In this document: one piece after another, positions 13,163-27,460 of the stretch | Layout of the letters: each line of letters opens with the position of its first letter | Numbering within the stretch: position 1 is the stretch's first letter | Assembly: GCF_006345805.1 (NCBI RefSeq) | Contig: NC_042998.1 | Span: forward strand, 38,626,001-38,690,000 | Origin: Octopus sinensis | Taxonomy: Eukaryota | Direction: 5' to 3' | DNA length: 64,000 nt | Translations under genes and position numbers: made by a program | The notes under the pieces: model-generated | Told to the model about the DNA's origin: nothing | Databases searched by the model: none | Seen by the model: the letters and a program-made list of their open reading frames with translations, nothing else

Positions 13163-14701
13163 TTGCATGTATTTATGTATGAATATGATATTGTGATTGA
13201 TCGTTGTATACGCCGGGTGAGATGCTAACTAATGATACGTGCTGCCAGTGCAAACGCTTTTAAATAACGAGCACACACCCACTCTGCGGAGAACAAACTG
13301 TCAATAACCAACGTGGTTTGGCAAACTGTGATTCCAGGCGTTTCCTTTGATGGAATTGTAAACTTTTTCTACCTCAATATGATATATCGGCCATAACAAC
13401 AACAACAAAAAAATACGACACGCTCTCGGCCCCGCATCATGCACACATACAGCGAGAAAGAATAGCAAAGCACCACATGACACAACTTAGAACGAAACAT
13501 AAGAAAATGTGAGTAAAGAATATCAACATTCGGTATAAAACTGGATGGCCACAAATGGAAGCATAGCCCAAAGTTAATACAATCATATCTACAACAACAT
13601 ACACTTATAAATAGAAATCCCCCGGACGCAGTTGAAGTGAAACGCAAATTTCGGAATGTGATGATAATATTAACACAAATACCAATCCAATGGCTTTATC
13701 GACTATTTAATGAGAGCAACGCGCGCTTACACCAATTCCTGTAATTGATACTATTGAAGTGAGATGTATTTCTAGTGGTAGAAATAATTGACAGAAATAT
13801 ATTATGTATGGTGGTTGTAACAGTATCTATCAGCTTGCAGTTATAAACGTCGGATATTCTGTCTCTTGTTATCATCACTGCTGACACCATTTTTAATATC
13901 AACTGATGCAGCGTTGTTAAACATAACACATACGCTGATTCTATGTTGCCAAGCTTATTTATTTGATTAATTTATCTTTAAGGTAAATTAAAAATTGTCA
14001 AAGGTATTTTTAATTTTATCTAATGTCGTTGACTTATTTTCTTAAGTATATTTGCTTTGCTTTCGTTCCTCAGTTGAATAATTTATAATTTGAATGAAAA
14101 ATTATCACAGTTTCATTCGAATACAAATATAATACATCGTTGATCCCTGGAACATATTATATTTTACAGAACTTGTAAAATTTCTTTTCATTTGCGTATT
14201 TTGTATATTACAAGGGATGCAATCTTTACATCAATTATTCACCTACTTTTTAAACATAAAAACAAAAACCAATATTATTTAGGTAGAATAAATGCAATTA
14301 TGATTTTATAAAAAGCAGTGAATAACCGCAAACCTCATTCCGTTCCTTAGACTATAGTCTATTGAAAGGAAACAATGATTGCTAATTATTTTGTATATTT
14401 GAGACTGAAATGAGAAAATGCATTGTTTGATTGAAGCGCAGATATTAAAGGGACGTAATTAAGTAGCAAGAGAAAGTTTACTAAGTACGGTAGCCCAGCT
14501 ATGAAAAATTTGTCTCATAAAGAGATAATTTGAAATACAATTGCCTGAAAAAGATGAGGGATACATGAAACCAATGAAAATATACAAGATTTTTAATTGT
14601 TTTACCCACAACGAAAGTATGAAAAAGAATTAAAATAATCTTGTTAGATTATTTACATTGCTTACATTTGACTGATATTTGTCCTCATATTCTTTGTTGT
14701 T

Positions 14702-14747
14702 AACACAACGTTTCGGCTGATATACTCTCCAGCATTCATCAGGTATC
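14702..14747 (-). ncRNA. Minimal type I hammerhead ribozyme
   Basis: gauac-CUGAUGA-au-gcug...cagc-c-GAAAC-GUU-guguu. Stem III is only the palindrome ACGU, so it would need a dimer to fold. Confidence 0.6.
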
Positions 14748-14918
14748 TTGGGGAAATTTCGAACCTGGGTTCTCATTCCTAAGGTATTTTTCGATGTTAT
14801 TATTATTCTTTCTTAAGGAGAGTATTATCTGTCTGAGGTCCTTGTTGTGATTTGACAGATGACTAAAGACTCCCGTGCATTTTTACCTACACTGTGTTAC
14901 GAAGGAATAAAATTAATG

Positions 14919-14959
<41 letters not shown>

Positions 14960-14980
14960 CATAATAATAATAATAATAAT

Positions 14981-15830
14981 GAGTTGAACAGCATGATGGA
15001 AGTGCAGCAACTGTAGTTGCAAAGAAGGTGAAATCAATAGCAAAGCAAAATGCGTTTGGGTGGGAACAAAAACCTCTGCATGACAAATATGCGGCTCGTA
15101 GCAAACAAGCTGATGTAGACCAGAAGCACACCCATCAGTGGCTACAGAGCTCGGGGTTAAAGGCAGAGCGTGAAAGTTGTATCTTGGCTGCCCAAAATCA
15201 GAGCTTATTGACACGGAACTATCAAGACAATGTGATGAAAAATGGTGTAGACCCTAAGTGCCGATACTGCAACGATGAGATAGAAACAGTGGACCACCTA
15301 ATCTCTGGGTGTAAGGTTTTAGCACCTGTAGAGTGCAAATCAAGACATAACAGAGTTGGCCAATATCTACTTTGGATAGTGTGTCGGCATTATAAAATCA
15401 AAACTGCTGACAAATGGTACAAGCGCCACCCTGAGGCTGTAACTGAGGGAGAAAATGTAACGATTCTCTGGGACTTCCCAATATGTACAGATCGGAGCAC
15501 TTGGAATGATCAAAAAAGGAACTGAAAATTATTTAAGAATGATCCTTAGCTTACTTTCTATGCAGGAAGTGCAAAAGATTGTCTTAACTGCTACGTCACA
15601 CGTATTGTCGTTGTGAATTTTCTCCTCCCCCCCGCTTCATTTTATTTTACTTTTTTTATTTTTTATTTTTCTCTCTGTCTTCCGCTTTTTCTCCATCACA
15701 TGACTTTGTAAACGAACAATCTGGTGTGTTTATATTAATGCCCTACCAATGTATACAATGCGTTTATCTGCCCTAGGTGTCAGGAAGACACTCGGCAAGA
15801 AATGGAAACAATTGAAAGAAGATGCTAATG
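14981..15830 (+). mobile_element. R4/Dong-like RLE non-LTR retrotransposon, 3' fragment
   Basis: ORF 15028-15525 contains KPLH.KY, AAQNQSLLTRNY, CCHC knuckle CRYC..ETVDHLISGC, RHNRV and ILWDFPI. Preceded by (TAA)n. Confidence 0.85.
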
Positions 15831-17114
15831 AAAATGATACTAATTAGAATTAGAATTACAATGTGTTTTTATAAAAATATATTCTCCTGCCATCTAACAT
15901 TATGTAATACTATGCAAAGAATATTAAAATATATACATTGAAACAAGAAAATCAGTGAGACAGGGTCGAATGTAAGTATATGAAAGCCGCTCAACTGTCT
16001 GCCAAATCAAATTCTAAATCCAAGGTTAAAAGAATGTGTGAAATAAAAGACAGATTTACACGATATGAAACTTCCATGTCTCAGGCTGGGATTGCAGTTT
16101 CGTTGAAGATGCGTTGTTGGCGCTTAAAAAGAAGACTTAAACTCACTTAAACCTGCGAAATAGCTACGATTCCTTTCAGAGAAATATATTCTCAAATGAC
16201 TAACCTCTTATTTAGGCGACAAATCTTCTTTCAGCTCGTTACTTCTACTACAAAATCCATGGCTAATAATCTGTGTACAAGCCTCGGGCTTCAAAGGCTT
16301 TTAACAATTTACATGATTGCAACCGATGTGGTTTATATGTCATATGTTTTAACATATCAACGTTTGTGAATGTTGCTAGATGTAAATTGTAAATGGATTT
16401 AAAAATCAATAACTCCGAAGCCGCATACATCTGCATTGTGTGGTTATTACTGTTATGCACAATTCTAAACCGACAATGACAGGTGAAGGCGTTTTGCGAA
16501 GTAGTGTATTCTTTCGACTTCTTAATTCAATACAATTCATTTATGAAACTAAAAGGGGAATATATAGAAGAGGGAAAATTAAAAGGTAACGAACAAAATG
16601 AGACTACAAACAAAGTAATGTCAACGAGGGAATCCATTAATCACCAGTCGTTTCAGTTATTTTATTTAAAAATAATATTATGTTTGTTGTTTCATAATCA
16701 CTGTTAGCATGTTCTGATATATTCTATAGCAGAATGTATCAACCATCTTTCAATTAGCGTCGAATAAAGTCTGCATAACATCTGCAGAAATTAGTATAGG
16801 AGAAAACATTCTCGAATAATTTCTGCTTAATTTATCACACACAATCACACGTCTGCCAATGAAACGAATACCAATAAGCAGACTGCCACAAGTGTTCAGA
16901 ATACTTTACCTCTGCAATACAATACTACATAAAGCAATAAATGGTCGAGCATCGAAGGAAATATCTGGCAGTATTTAAACACGACATTCTACATCCTAAG
17001 CTTAAAATCCAACTGGGGTTGACTTTTCTTTTCATCGATTGGCGCAATGGACAATATTGTTCTTCAAAATTACGGCTTTATACCTATATAAGAAATTAAT
17101 ATCATTATACGAAG

Positions 17115-17310
17115 GAAAGCGGTGAGCTGGCAGAATCGTCAACACACTGGGCAAAAGGCTTCTGAGTTCAAATTCTGCTGAGGTCGACTTTAACTTTCAT
17201 CATTTGGGAGTCAATAAAATGAGTACTAGTGGAGCAGTGGGGTCGATGTAATCGATTTACCCACTTCCCCGAAATTGGTGATCTTGTGCCAAAATTTGAC
17301 AACAATATTA
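17115..17310 (+). mobile_element. SINE family B
   Basis: gcggtgagctggcagaatcg...gagttcaaattc...ggtcgacttt. Confidence 0.8.
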
Positions 17311-17417
17311 TTATACGAAGGAAACTCATAAAAAATGACATAAAGTTGGACCGTCCAATTTGCGGTGCCGAGGAATGCATTCCCATCAGTGAAATTAATT
17401 GCTGCTGACATATTCCA

Positions 17418-17456
<39 letters not shown>

Positions 17457-17491
17457 CAATTAGATACCTATTTTCTAAGAGTTGTAAATAA

Positions 17492-17653
17492 TCTTTTCTA
17501 CTCTAGGCACAAGGCTCGAAATTTTGGGGGAGTGTGCCAGTCGATTAGATCGACCCTAGCAACTGGTACTTAATTTATCGACCCCGAAAGGATGAAAGTC
17601 AAAGTCAACCTCAGCGGAATTTGAACTCAGAACCTAAAGACGGACGAAATACC
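17492..17653 (-). mobile_element. SINE family B body (tail type 2), host of a Tx1-like LINE insertion
   Basis: The body ends at gacgaaatacc (17653), where the LINE 3' tail begins. Confidence 0.8.
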
Positions 17654-19700
17654 AATTTCTTTATTACCCACAGGGGCTACACACAAAATGGGACAAAACG
17701 GCTGATTGGGGTCAGGAACACGTTATGATATTACATAAACTGAATATACATAAATATGAATATAGGTGCAGGAGTGGCTGTGTGGTAAGTAGCTTGATTA
17801 CCAACCACATGGTTCTGGGTTCAGTCCCACTGCGTGGAACCTTGGGCAAGTGTCTTCTACTATAGCCTCGAGCCGACCAAAGCCTTGTGAGTGGATTTGG
17901 TAAGCAGAAACTGAAAGAAGCCCGGCGTATATATATATATATATATATATATGTTGTGTATCTGTGTTTGTCCCCGAAACCTAGCGGTTCGGCAAAAGAG
18001 ACCGATAGAATAAGTACTAGGCTTACAAAGATTAAGTCCTGGGGTCGATTTGATTCGTCTAAAGGTGGTGCTCCAGCATGGCCGCAGTCAAATGACTGAA
18101 ACAAGTAAAAGAATAAAAAATTATATAAAATATATAAGAATCGAATGATATACACAATACAAATATGATACAAATGTAGTGATGATGAGGCCACGCTCCG
18201 ACCCCATAAGCCCCGATCTATCACTGGTACTTCTTTCATCTCTTGTTTTTCTTCTATAGCCTATTCACATGGTTCCGTGCACGCACAGCGCTCGTGCAAC
18301 ATGCTTCCATCTTTTTTTGAACACACGCTCCGACAGGTATCTCTTCTCCAGCCACACTTTCCTTTTCAAGTGAAAAGTGGAAAACGATCTTAACTCGTGG
18401 CCGGAGATAAAGTTACCCGTCTTGATCCGTTTTATACTAGTCTTCCATTCTGCCTCTTGCTATTGCAATAACAGTGAGAAAACAATTCTTACCTTCATTT
18501 GTTAACATTTCTTGTGGGTCAATTTTTATAATTGACCCAGTCGACAGTTGTACTCTTCCTTCGCCGGACAACAGGTGTTCAGCATAAACCCACATTTCAG
18601 ATATCTCCGGGCACTGAACAATAGCGTGAGGGACGGTTTCCCTACCCACCCGCATCTTGGACAGGACGGAGAGTGAGACTTTCCATGTCTTGCGAGTTTA
18701 TCCCAAACGGGCAAGGCGCCCCTATAACATTGCCAGGTCAAGGACTTTTGGAAATTGTCCAACGTTCTCAACCCGTATGTACGGTAGAAGAGGCTGTCAA
18801 GTTGAATATACCCGAGACCTAGAGTCGCTCCCAGGCTATCGTCACATTCAGACTCTACCAACCCACTATATAAAAAGCGTGTAGAACTCCCACCGCTGGC
18901 GTTGCCCGAGCGCCGGAATAGCAGGAGGGCCTTATGATACTCCATATGTCATTTACTCGACCTCGGTCTACGAGAACACTAGGCTTCCTTTTCGCAAAAA
19001 CTTTTGAACTTGGGGAACATTTGTCTGGCTAGCGGAGACCACACCCGTTCACCATCCAGGAGAATCCAGAGATGCCTCAACTTCAAAGCATGCCTGCGCA
19101 TCATTAACCAAGGCATCCTAAACCTCCCTTTAACGGCTTCTGACAACAGATAGAACGTTTCACAAGTAGCGACTTGCCCTTCCACAAAAAGCGAAAGAGC
19201 TTCCTCTCCAACCTGATCACCCACGAATCTGGACAGGATACGACGGTCAGGCGGTAGGTAATGACTGATGCAATAAACACATTGGCCACCTCTGCCCTCC
19301 CTTTCAGGGATAGCCACCGCCAAGACCAGGTCTTGACTATTGCAGCCACACTGCTCGAAACCTCCGTCCAGTTCTTCTCTATCTGGAGGCCTGGTCCAAA
19401 CAAGACTCCCAGCAATTTAACCGGTCCCTCCGTCCATCGCCCAACAACGCTGCCTGAAGGCATCGACTTGCTAACCCAGGTGCCGAGGTGCAAGCCGACC
19501 GACTTTTCCCGGTTGATCTTTGCTCCTGCCACCGTCTCGTAAACCTGAATAGACTTACCCACTCCACGTAGGCGTGCTACTGTGGTAACACTGATAGTGA
19601 TATCGTCCGCGTAAGCCGAAACAAACTCCTCTAAAACTGGTTCTCTTGGGATGTCACTTAACTTTCGGGAGTACGTGCTCAAGAGCCACCACATACAAAA
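17654..19700 (-). mobile_element. Tx1-clade non-LTR retrotransposon, 5'-truncated, with 3' UTR
   Basis: RT YADD, WSWRWLSLKGRAEVAN, KGGLG and zf-RVT CPRCG..ETVPHAIVQC. ORF2 stop at 18265-18267. The 3' UTR runs to 17654 and is interrupted by a SINE A. Confidence 0.85.
17765..18120 (+). mobile_element. SINE family A nested in the Tx1 3' UTR
   Basis: Full head ggtgcaggagtggctgtgtggtaagtagc and tail ccagcatggccgcagtcaaatgactgaaac. Confidence 0.88.
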
Positions 19701-19744
19701 GTGATGAGAGCGGACATCCTTGACGAACTCAGCGTCTGATGCAG

Positions 19745-20079
19745 AAGACCCGAAATTTGTGAGGAGGGGCCAGTTGATTAGATCGCCCCCAATACGCAAC
19801 TGGTACTTAATTCATCGACTCCGAAAGGATGAAAGGCAAAGTCGACCTCGGTGGAATTTTAACTCTGAACCTAAAGACAGACGAAATACCTATTTCTTTA
19901 CTACCCCCAAGGGTCTAAACACAGAAGGGACAAACTATGACTGACAAACGGATTAAGTCGATTATATCGACCCCAGTGCGTAACTGGTACTTATTTAATC
20001 GACCCCGAGAGGATGAAAGGCAAAGTCGACCTCGGCGGAATTTGAACTGAGAACGTAACGGTATTTCGTCTGCCGTTAC
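19745..20079 (-). mobile_element. SINE family B composite with a terminal micro-inversion
   Basis: Junction gaaatacc|tatttctt near 19890. 20060-20079 is an inverted ggtatttcgtctgccgttac. Confidence 0.8.
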
Positions 20080-20425
20080 TACTACTACGACCAACAATCA
20101 CTACTGCTGCTACCATTTCAGTCGCGGGTCATTCGAACACAAGGAAGCTAAAAAACAAGCACGTGGTTCCTGTTGATACCAGCAAGAAACAATAATGAAC
20201 TTCTTTACTACACTCAACTTGAAATTTATAGCTATTATACCTACTACCGACAAAAACACACACATGGATTCTATTGAGACAGTAAGAAACAATATGAACT
20301 TTTCTATTACCCTTTACTTTTTATAATATTTTTGATAAGGTTCGTTTTTTCAAGAACCGAAACATGTAAAATTCATAAGAAAATTAAAATTTATCTAATA
20401 TGATGGTGTTTTCAACATCTTTTTT

Positions 20426-20473
<48 letters not shown>

Positions 20474-20514
20474 AAAAAGATGTTTGTGTGTTATATATAT
20501 ATGTATATTTATAT

Positions 20515-20614
20515 NNNNNNNNNNNNNNNNNNNNNNNNNNNNNNNNNNNNNNNNNNNNNNNNNNNNNNNNNNNNNNNNNNNNNNNNNNNNNNNNNNNNNN
20601 NNNNNNNNNNNNNN
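20515..20614. other. Assembly gap (100 N)
   Basis: Run of N. Confidence 1.
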
Positions 20615-20647
20615 TACGAAGTCATACATTGTGCGTGTATGAATATA

Positions 20648-21465
20648 TAAGCGGTATCAAAAAATTCCTAGAAGAGTTCTGTAGCGTGTTAACAGATGGC
20701 AGCACGCAGTTGCGTGCGCAATGAGAACTAGCAGTGACCTTCGTGATGCAATGTGCCGAGTGACGTCGCTGTGTTTACTTCGCATTTTGCGTTTTTGTGA
20801 TCACATGTGTGCTGTAGTCTGCGATTTTATCATGGACAGGAACAAAGAGCCAATGTGAAATTTTGCCTTAAACTTGGGAAGTCTGCTACAGAGACATAGA
20901 ACATGCTTCGACAGGCTTACATTGATGAGACAATGGGTCGTACACAATGTTACGGGTGACATGGGCGCTTCAGAAACGGAAGAACGTCCCTGAAACATGA
21001 TGAGCGATCTGGAAGACTTGCCGCACCCTCCGAAAATGAGGCATTGTGCTTTGAGAATTCGTCCTCCAGATCTAGACCGTCAATTGAGACTCCTACTGTG
21101 ACGTTTTGAAGCGGTTGAGGGAGGGCATTCAGCGAAAGCAACCGGGTCTCTGGAGCGCGAAGAATCTGATTCTTCACCGAGCTCTCCTCGCTCGTGTTTC
21201 TCGCCATAAACAACATAGTAACGCTTCCGCACCTGCCCCATTCGCCAGAGTTAGCACCGGCGGACTGCTATTTCTCTCCCAAGATGAAAATGCATCTCAA
21301 AGGTCACCGTTTTAACTCCGTCGTCGAGATCCAGGCCGAATTTCGAAAGTGGCAGGAAAGCTGGAACCGGTGTATCGCTGCGCAAGGTGACTTTTTCGAG
21401 ATGGTGTTAAAACTTAGGTAAATGAGTTATTATTTTTTTTAATTAAACATAACGAGTCCAGGAAC
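20648..21465 (+). mobile_element. Internally deleted mariner relic
   Basis: QRANVKFCLKLGKSATET (HTH) near 20840 and LPHLPHSPELAPADCYFSPKMKMHLKG (YSPDL-like). Partial TIR ttccta/agtccaggaac. Confidence 0.85.
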
Positions 21466-21666
21466 ATACATAGGTGTTTGTTAATCGAATTGTACTGTTA
21501 TATCGATTACAGCGGATCTTGCCAACCGGTTTCCCAGTGGCGGTTCAACGGAGTGCCAGCTAACGGTCAGACTATGTAATCCCTCTGAAAAGAGCAGGGT
21601 TTCAAGCTGAGACAAGACCATTTGCCAGTTGCTCTTTTCAGGCAGATTACGTCTAAAAAAGGGACG

Positions 21667-21743
<77 letters not shown>

Positions 21744-22159
21744 TTCAGTCTCAAATTTTTCGGTTGCCGATTGCACAGGCGATTTGTCGAGTTAAAACTG
21801 ATGACCAAGTGGACGCGACACTAACTTCTCCATAAATTTGCATTCATGATGTACAGCTTTGTAACGTTTTCATTTGGAGTTGAATAGATAATTAATTAGA
21901 ATTATATGAAATGCATTTTTGTAATACACTCTGTGTTAAACAACTTATATACCATTAACTGTACGTTCAGCTTTCATTTCCTTCTTGCTTTTTTTTCATT
22001 TGTTTACTTTGTTTTGTTTATATTATGTGCTGTTTGCTTCATTGGTTTTCAATGAAACTTGTTAACGAGATTAATTCAACAAGAACTCATAGAAAAGATA
22101 ATCTAATTATATTTTGTCCTACTTCTGGTTCGTCGTGTAACTTTCAAATGTGACTGCTT

Positions 22160-22169
<10 letters not shown>

Positions 22170-22213
<44 letters not shown>
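22170..22213. repeat. (CTA)n microsatellite
   Basis: Direct reading. Confidence 0.95.
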
Positions 22214-23099
22214 TAACCACTGCGGCTGATAGTTTCCCTGCTGTGTTGGTAACTCTTATCAATGCATCGGATTTCAAAACTAGTCAAAATTCTTATTTAC
22301 ACATCAAAATTTGTTTCGATTATATTTCTCCTCCAGTAATTATATTAACTTCTATTTTGAAGGAAATTTGAAAACCACAAAAGGGGATACATCTATCATG
22401 GTACCTGCATTACATATACCTGATCATTGACGGAATGTACCCTAATGTGTCATTAAAAATGTTGGATTTCTCGGATAGCATTAAAGAGTGTGAAGGTGTT
22501 AGTATTCGTGTTTATAGAGCTATAATTCTGTGCTTTTCGAATCTATGCAAATGTATACAAGTGTATATCTATTTGTAAGCGCGTATTTGTGTGCCTGTGC
22601 GTGTGTGCTCATATGTCTATATATATGTTCGAATTTATGGTGTATCGGATTGGTAGACATAGATATAATTAATGCACAGTTAGTAATATGGCGTGCGTTT
22701 AAAGTATTGCCATTGTAAGATCCCCAGACAATGCGAAGGAAAATTAAAGGCATAATAGTTATAAATGTTCATTAGGTACTCCATTTAATTAATCTAATTG
22801 AAATTCATGAAACATTTCCCCAACACAAAATCCCATTTACTTATTGATACTACCTACACATGGAAAAAGTAAATATTAAATATAAGTTAATGAGAAAATA
22901 GTTTGAAATTAAAGAATCACGAAACAAACTATGTTAGGTTAATGATCATAATTACTTACCATCAAATCATTTGCTTGCAGCAGATCTCGTCAAATTGAAA
23001 TACCCGGACTATTATATAAAAGCAAAACTCTGTGTGTGTACATTTCTATCTCTCCTCTATCCACCTATCTATCTATATCTAATGTTCTGTATGTGTGGT

Positions 23100-23684
23100 G
23101 TGGTGTTATTGTATATAAATATATATATTACAATACAACATATATATATATATATATATACATATATACCACACACATACACATATCTGTACACATGACA
23201 TACTAGATATATAGATACATATAATACATATGTATATTATATATTACATATCTATATATACTAGCTCTTTAATATAATACTAGATATACATATGTATATA
23301 TAATATATATTATATATTATATATATGTATATTATCTAAATACATAGTATATATATATATATATATAGATATTATGTATATATATATATATACCATGATG
23401 TATTTATGTATATATATATATATACAATGTAGCATATTATATAGTATATATAGTCTTATATATATATATATATATACATAGGTTATATATCGATATATAT
23501 ACCTATGTATATATATAGTACTATACATATGTATATTATATTTATATATACATATGTAGATATATATATACATAATGTATATATATATCTTATCAATATA
23601 TATGTATATATCTCTATCTATATATACATTGTATATATTATATATATGCTTATACATATGTATATATATATTATATAACAGAAC

Positions 23685-23722
<38 letters not shown>

Positions 23723-24315
23723 GTATATAATATCTATATATAGTACAATATGTATATATATATATATATATCCATATGTATATATATATATACATAGATA
23801 TATATATATATATAATACATATATCTATATCTTATATATAATCTATATTATATATATATATAATATATCATATATATAATATATATCTATATATATATAT
23901 ATATATATACATATGTATATATATATATATATATGTATATATATAATATATATATGTATATACCGTATGTATCTACTATATATATATATATACAATGCTC
24001 TTTTATCTTATATATATACATATGTATATATATATCTATATATATTATATATATGTATATATATATATATATGTATATATATATACATACACACATATAT
24101 ACGCACACACACATATATATACATATGTATATATATATATATATTATATACAATACACATACACACATATATACGCACACACACATATATATATACATAT
24201 GTATATATATATATAGATATAGATATATATAAACACACACATATATAAACATAATTACATATACATATACACAAACTATATCTATGTACACATATATTTA
24301 TATAGATACGTCACA

Positions 24316-24366
<51 letters not shown>

Positions 24367-24390
24367 CACACACACACACACACACATTAC
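23100..24390. repeat. About 1.3 kb of degenerate (TA)n/(CA)n microsatellite
   Basis: Direct reading. Confidence 0.95.
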
Positions 24391-24871
24391 TGTTTGTAAA
24401 CATCTCTCTGAAAATCGACGATGACATGAAATTATATGTATACTTTTGTTCTCTCACTTAATTAACAAAAACCAATTAGACGTACAATAGATTTCTATAA
24501 AACTGTTCTAATCCAGCCAGTGCTTTTCTATTTTATTTTCTTCTATTGTTAAAGGGATAAAACTACTAGAACATGGATAAAGGTATCGTGACCACGAGTA
24601 GGGTTTCTTTCAATTTAAAAAGAATTGTATTTTATTTGCATTGTTTTTTTTTTTTTTTTTTATTCCATCTTGGTGCTGGCCCCGTGTCTTGTTACTAATA
24701 ATAAGTAAGATGTGTTTTGCACCATATTATGAATGAACTTCAGAGAGTATTTATATTTAATTTCACTGGCAACATGTGATTTCTTTCTATCTCACCCGTG
24801 GTCATCAATAGATTTCACTCTGCCGCCTTGAATATTACCAATTCTGGTTTTCCTCTTTTCGTGTAATACAC

Positions 24872-24919
<48 letters not shown>

Positions 24920-25018
24920 CTGCCCGTGTGTGTACCTGTGCCATGGTTTTCTTTATGTATATAACGATATATGTATGTCAAGAAACTTTATGCCCCGAGA
25001 TTCGACAAGCAGCTTTTG

Positions 25019-25278
25019 ATTAGCTAAATACCTATTTCTTTACTACCCACAAGGTGCTAAACACAGAGAGGACAAACAAGGACAGACACACGATTAAGTC
25101 GATTATATCGACCCCAGTGCGTAACTGGTACTTATTTAATCGACCCCGAAAGGATGAAAGGCAAAGTCGTCCTCGGCAGAATTTGAACTCAGAACGTAGC
25201 AGCAGACGCAATACCGCTAAGCATTTCGCTCGGCGTGCTAACGTTTCTGCCAGCTCGCCGCCTTATTAGCTAAATACC
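25019..25278 (-). mobile_element. Full-length Tx1-tailed SINE B with a 14-bp TSD
   Basis: TSD attagctaaatacc at 25019-25032 and 25265-25278. Confidence 0.92.
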
Positions 25279-27244
25279 AAATTGAAACAAATATTGAAGA
25301 CGAAATAACCAAGTAAACGCTTGTATGTAATGTCCCAAGCCACAGATAAATGACACTGAAATGTATAAAAATTAAAAGTGCACGCAACACCCTGTGAAAT
25401 TTCGTTTTCTTACGCAAATTGAGAAAGTAGGGATCGAAATCATTTAGAATTCACTGCTGACATTGTTTGCTGTAGTACTTTCTAGCTGCTTACAATCCTG
25501 CTCGCTGACATATTTCGGTTTATACACACATGCATCATTTGGCAGTATTGGTTAATTCATTTTGGTGCTAATTTACAATTGAATCATCAGGAAAACGGTA
25601 ATGAATTAACTTTTCTAATTATATATCTTAATAAAATCGATTTAACTTAATTTGTTAGTTATCTCCAATTAGAATTGGAAATTTACTTTTAATTAAATCG
25701 GATGGTTAAACATTGCTCTTTGCACTACTATGCTCAATTCAGCTTAAATTAATGAAGAAAAGTGAATTGAGACCATAAGAATTAGTGAAATGAGACAAAA
25801 TCTTATATGCATGAGTGACGAAAGCGTCCAAAAGATAGTTATTTTCTGTTATTCTTATTTTTCCCAGTGCTGTGTAACCGAGACAGTTTTGTAAGGCTAG
25901 AAATTAGAATAAATGTTCTAAGACAAATATTGTAGAAATGGTTTAGTTTTTATGTATTTCAAGTATATTCAGTGTCCTAATTAAATACCATTGGATAGCG
26001 ATATTAATTGAAAGATCAAATATAAAAATTGTAAGGAATGTGATCTAAAAACATCAAAGTTTATTACATAACAGTCAAGACTCCAGAAATTTGAGGGGAA
26101 CATAAAGTATCAATAGGTCTATGTCTGATAAATAAACGCTGCTTAAGAAAACAGCAGAAACACAGATATTCAGTATAACATGCGTAGAAAATGTCTCAGA
26201 AGTAGCTGAAAAATTGCACCGTGATAAAAAGTGTGCAATAACATTGAAGACAACGTTTGAACGTTACTGATGCGTACACACACACATATACACACTCATG
26301 CACACACACATACGCACACAGGCAAACACAAGCACACACCTGCATAAATTTATCATTCCGAAATTACTCATATTATTTGTAACAACCATACACGTTTTGC
26401 TTTTATAGATATATTGCTCTCGCTTGAAAACCTACTGTCAAATGCAATAACACAATATCATTGCAGCTCTCACAATGCAGGCAAGGAATTTTTACAATAA
26501 TAATATACAATATATATGGTTGAACTGCGTAATAATAATAATAATAAGTTATCCTTTTAATTTCAAATTTATTTAGTTTTATATTTTCTGATTTCTATAA
26601 CTTTTTTTAATGAAAATTTTGAAAAAGAAGTAAAATAGAGGCTAGTAGGGTGCCGGCTGAATAGCAGCAAGTTCTCGGGAGAAGCAATGGCTTACACCGT
26701 ACAGATAGATACCTGCAGAAGTGTACTGAATGAGTTTGATGCAAGAAATTGCCATTACCAACAAAGGTTTTCCGAGGAGATCTATCATCGAACTTCTGTG
26801 TTATTGGGTGGATGACAAAATGAGCATCGAAATATACCCCATGGTAATACTTGCACTTGTTTTGCAGCAAAATGCATGACTGAGTTTTGACTAAAGAAAA
26901 CCATTTTCAAGTTATTAGCTGGAAAGCTGACAAGGTAAATACTTTTGTAGAACTATGGAAAAAAAAGAAGCACCGATGTATATATATATTGTACAGAAAG
27001 CAATTCATTACGAAATGTAAACAAAAATGCGATTTAAAAAGAAAACAAAAAAAAAAGATGTGTATTGTGTCTCAAAGACAGAACAGAGATTAAAATGAAG
27101 TTATTTCTCCATTTCTATTTCATCGGATTGTGTGTGTGTGTGTAGATGTCATGAATAAAATGACTCGTTTTTATAAGAAAAACTGAAAATTACTTTTCTT
27201 TGATGATATAAAAACAAGACTTTCAGCTTTTCATAATTACAAGA

Positions 27245-27302
<58 letters not shown>

Positions 27303-27460
27303 GTGTGTGTGTAAATATATATGTGAATATATATGCGTGTATATATATATATATATGTATATATATATGTGTGTGCATACATATATGTTTATATATAAAT
27401 GCATAAATGTATATATATATATATATTATATACACACACACACGTATATATATATATATA

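Noticed and set aside
23310-24291. Many ORFs rich in YI/HT/CV repeats, here and throughout the window
   Set aside because: They are translations of (TA)n, (CA)n and (TAA)n microsatellites, not genes.
26686-26940. Short 42-codon ORF (MAYTVQIDTC...) and a downstream aag|gtaaat donor-like site
   Set aside because: No recognisable domain and no supportable exon chain.
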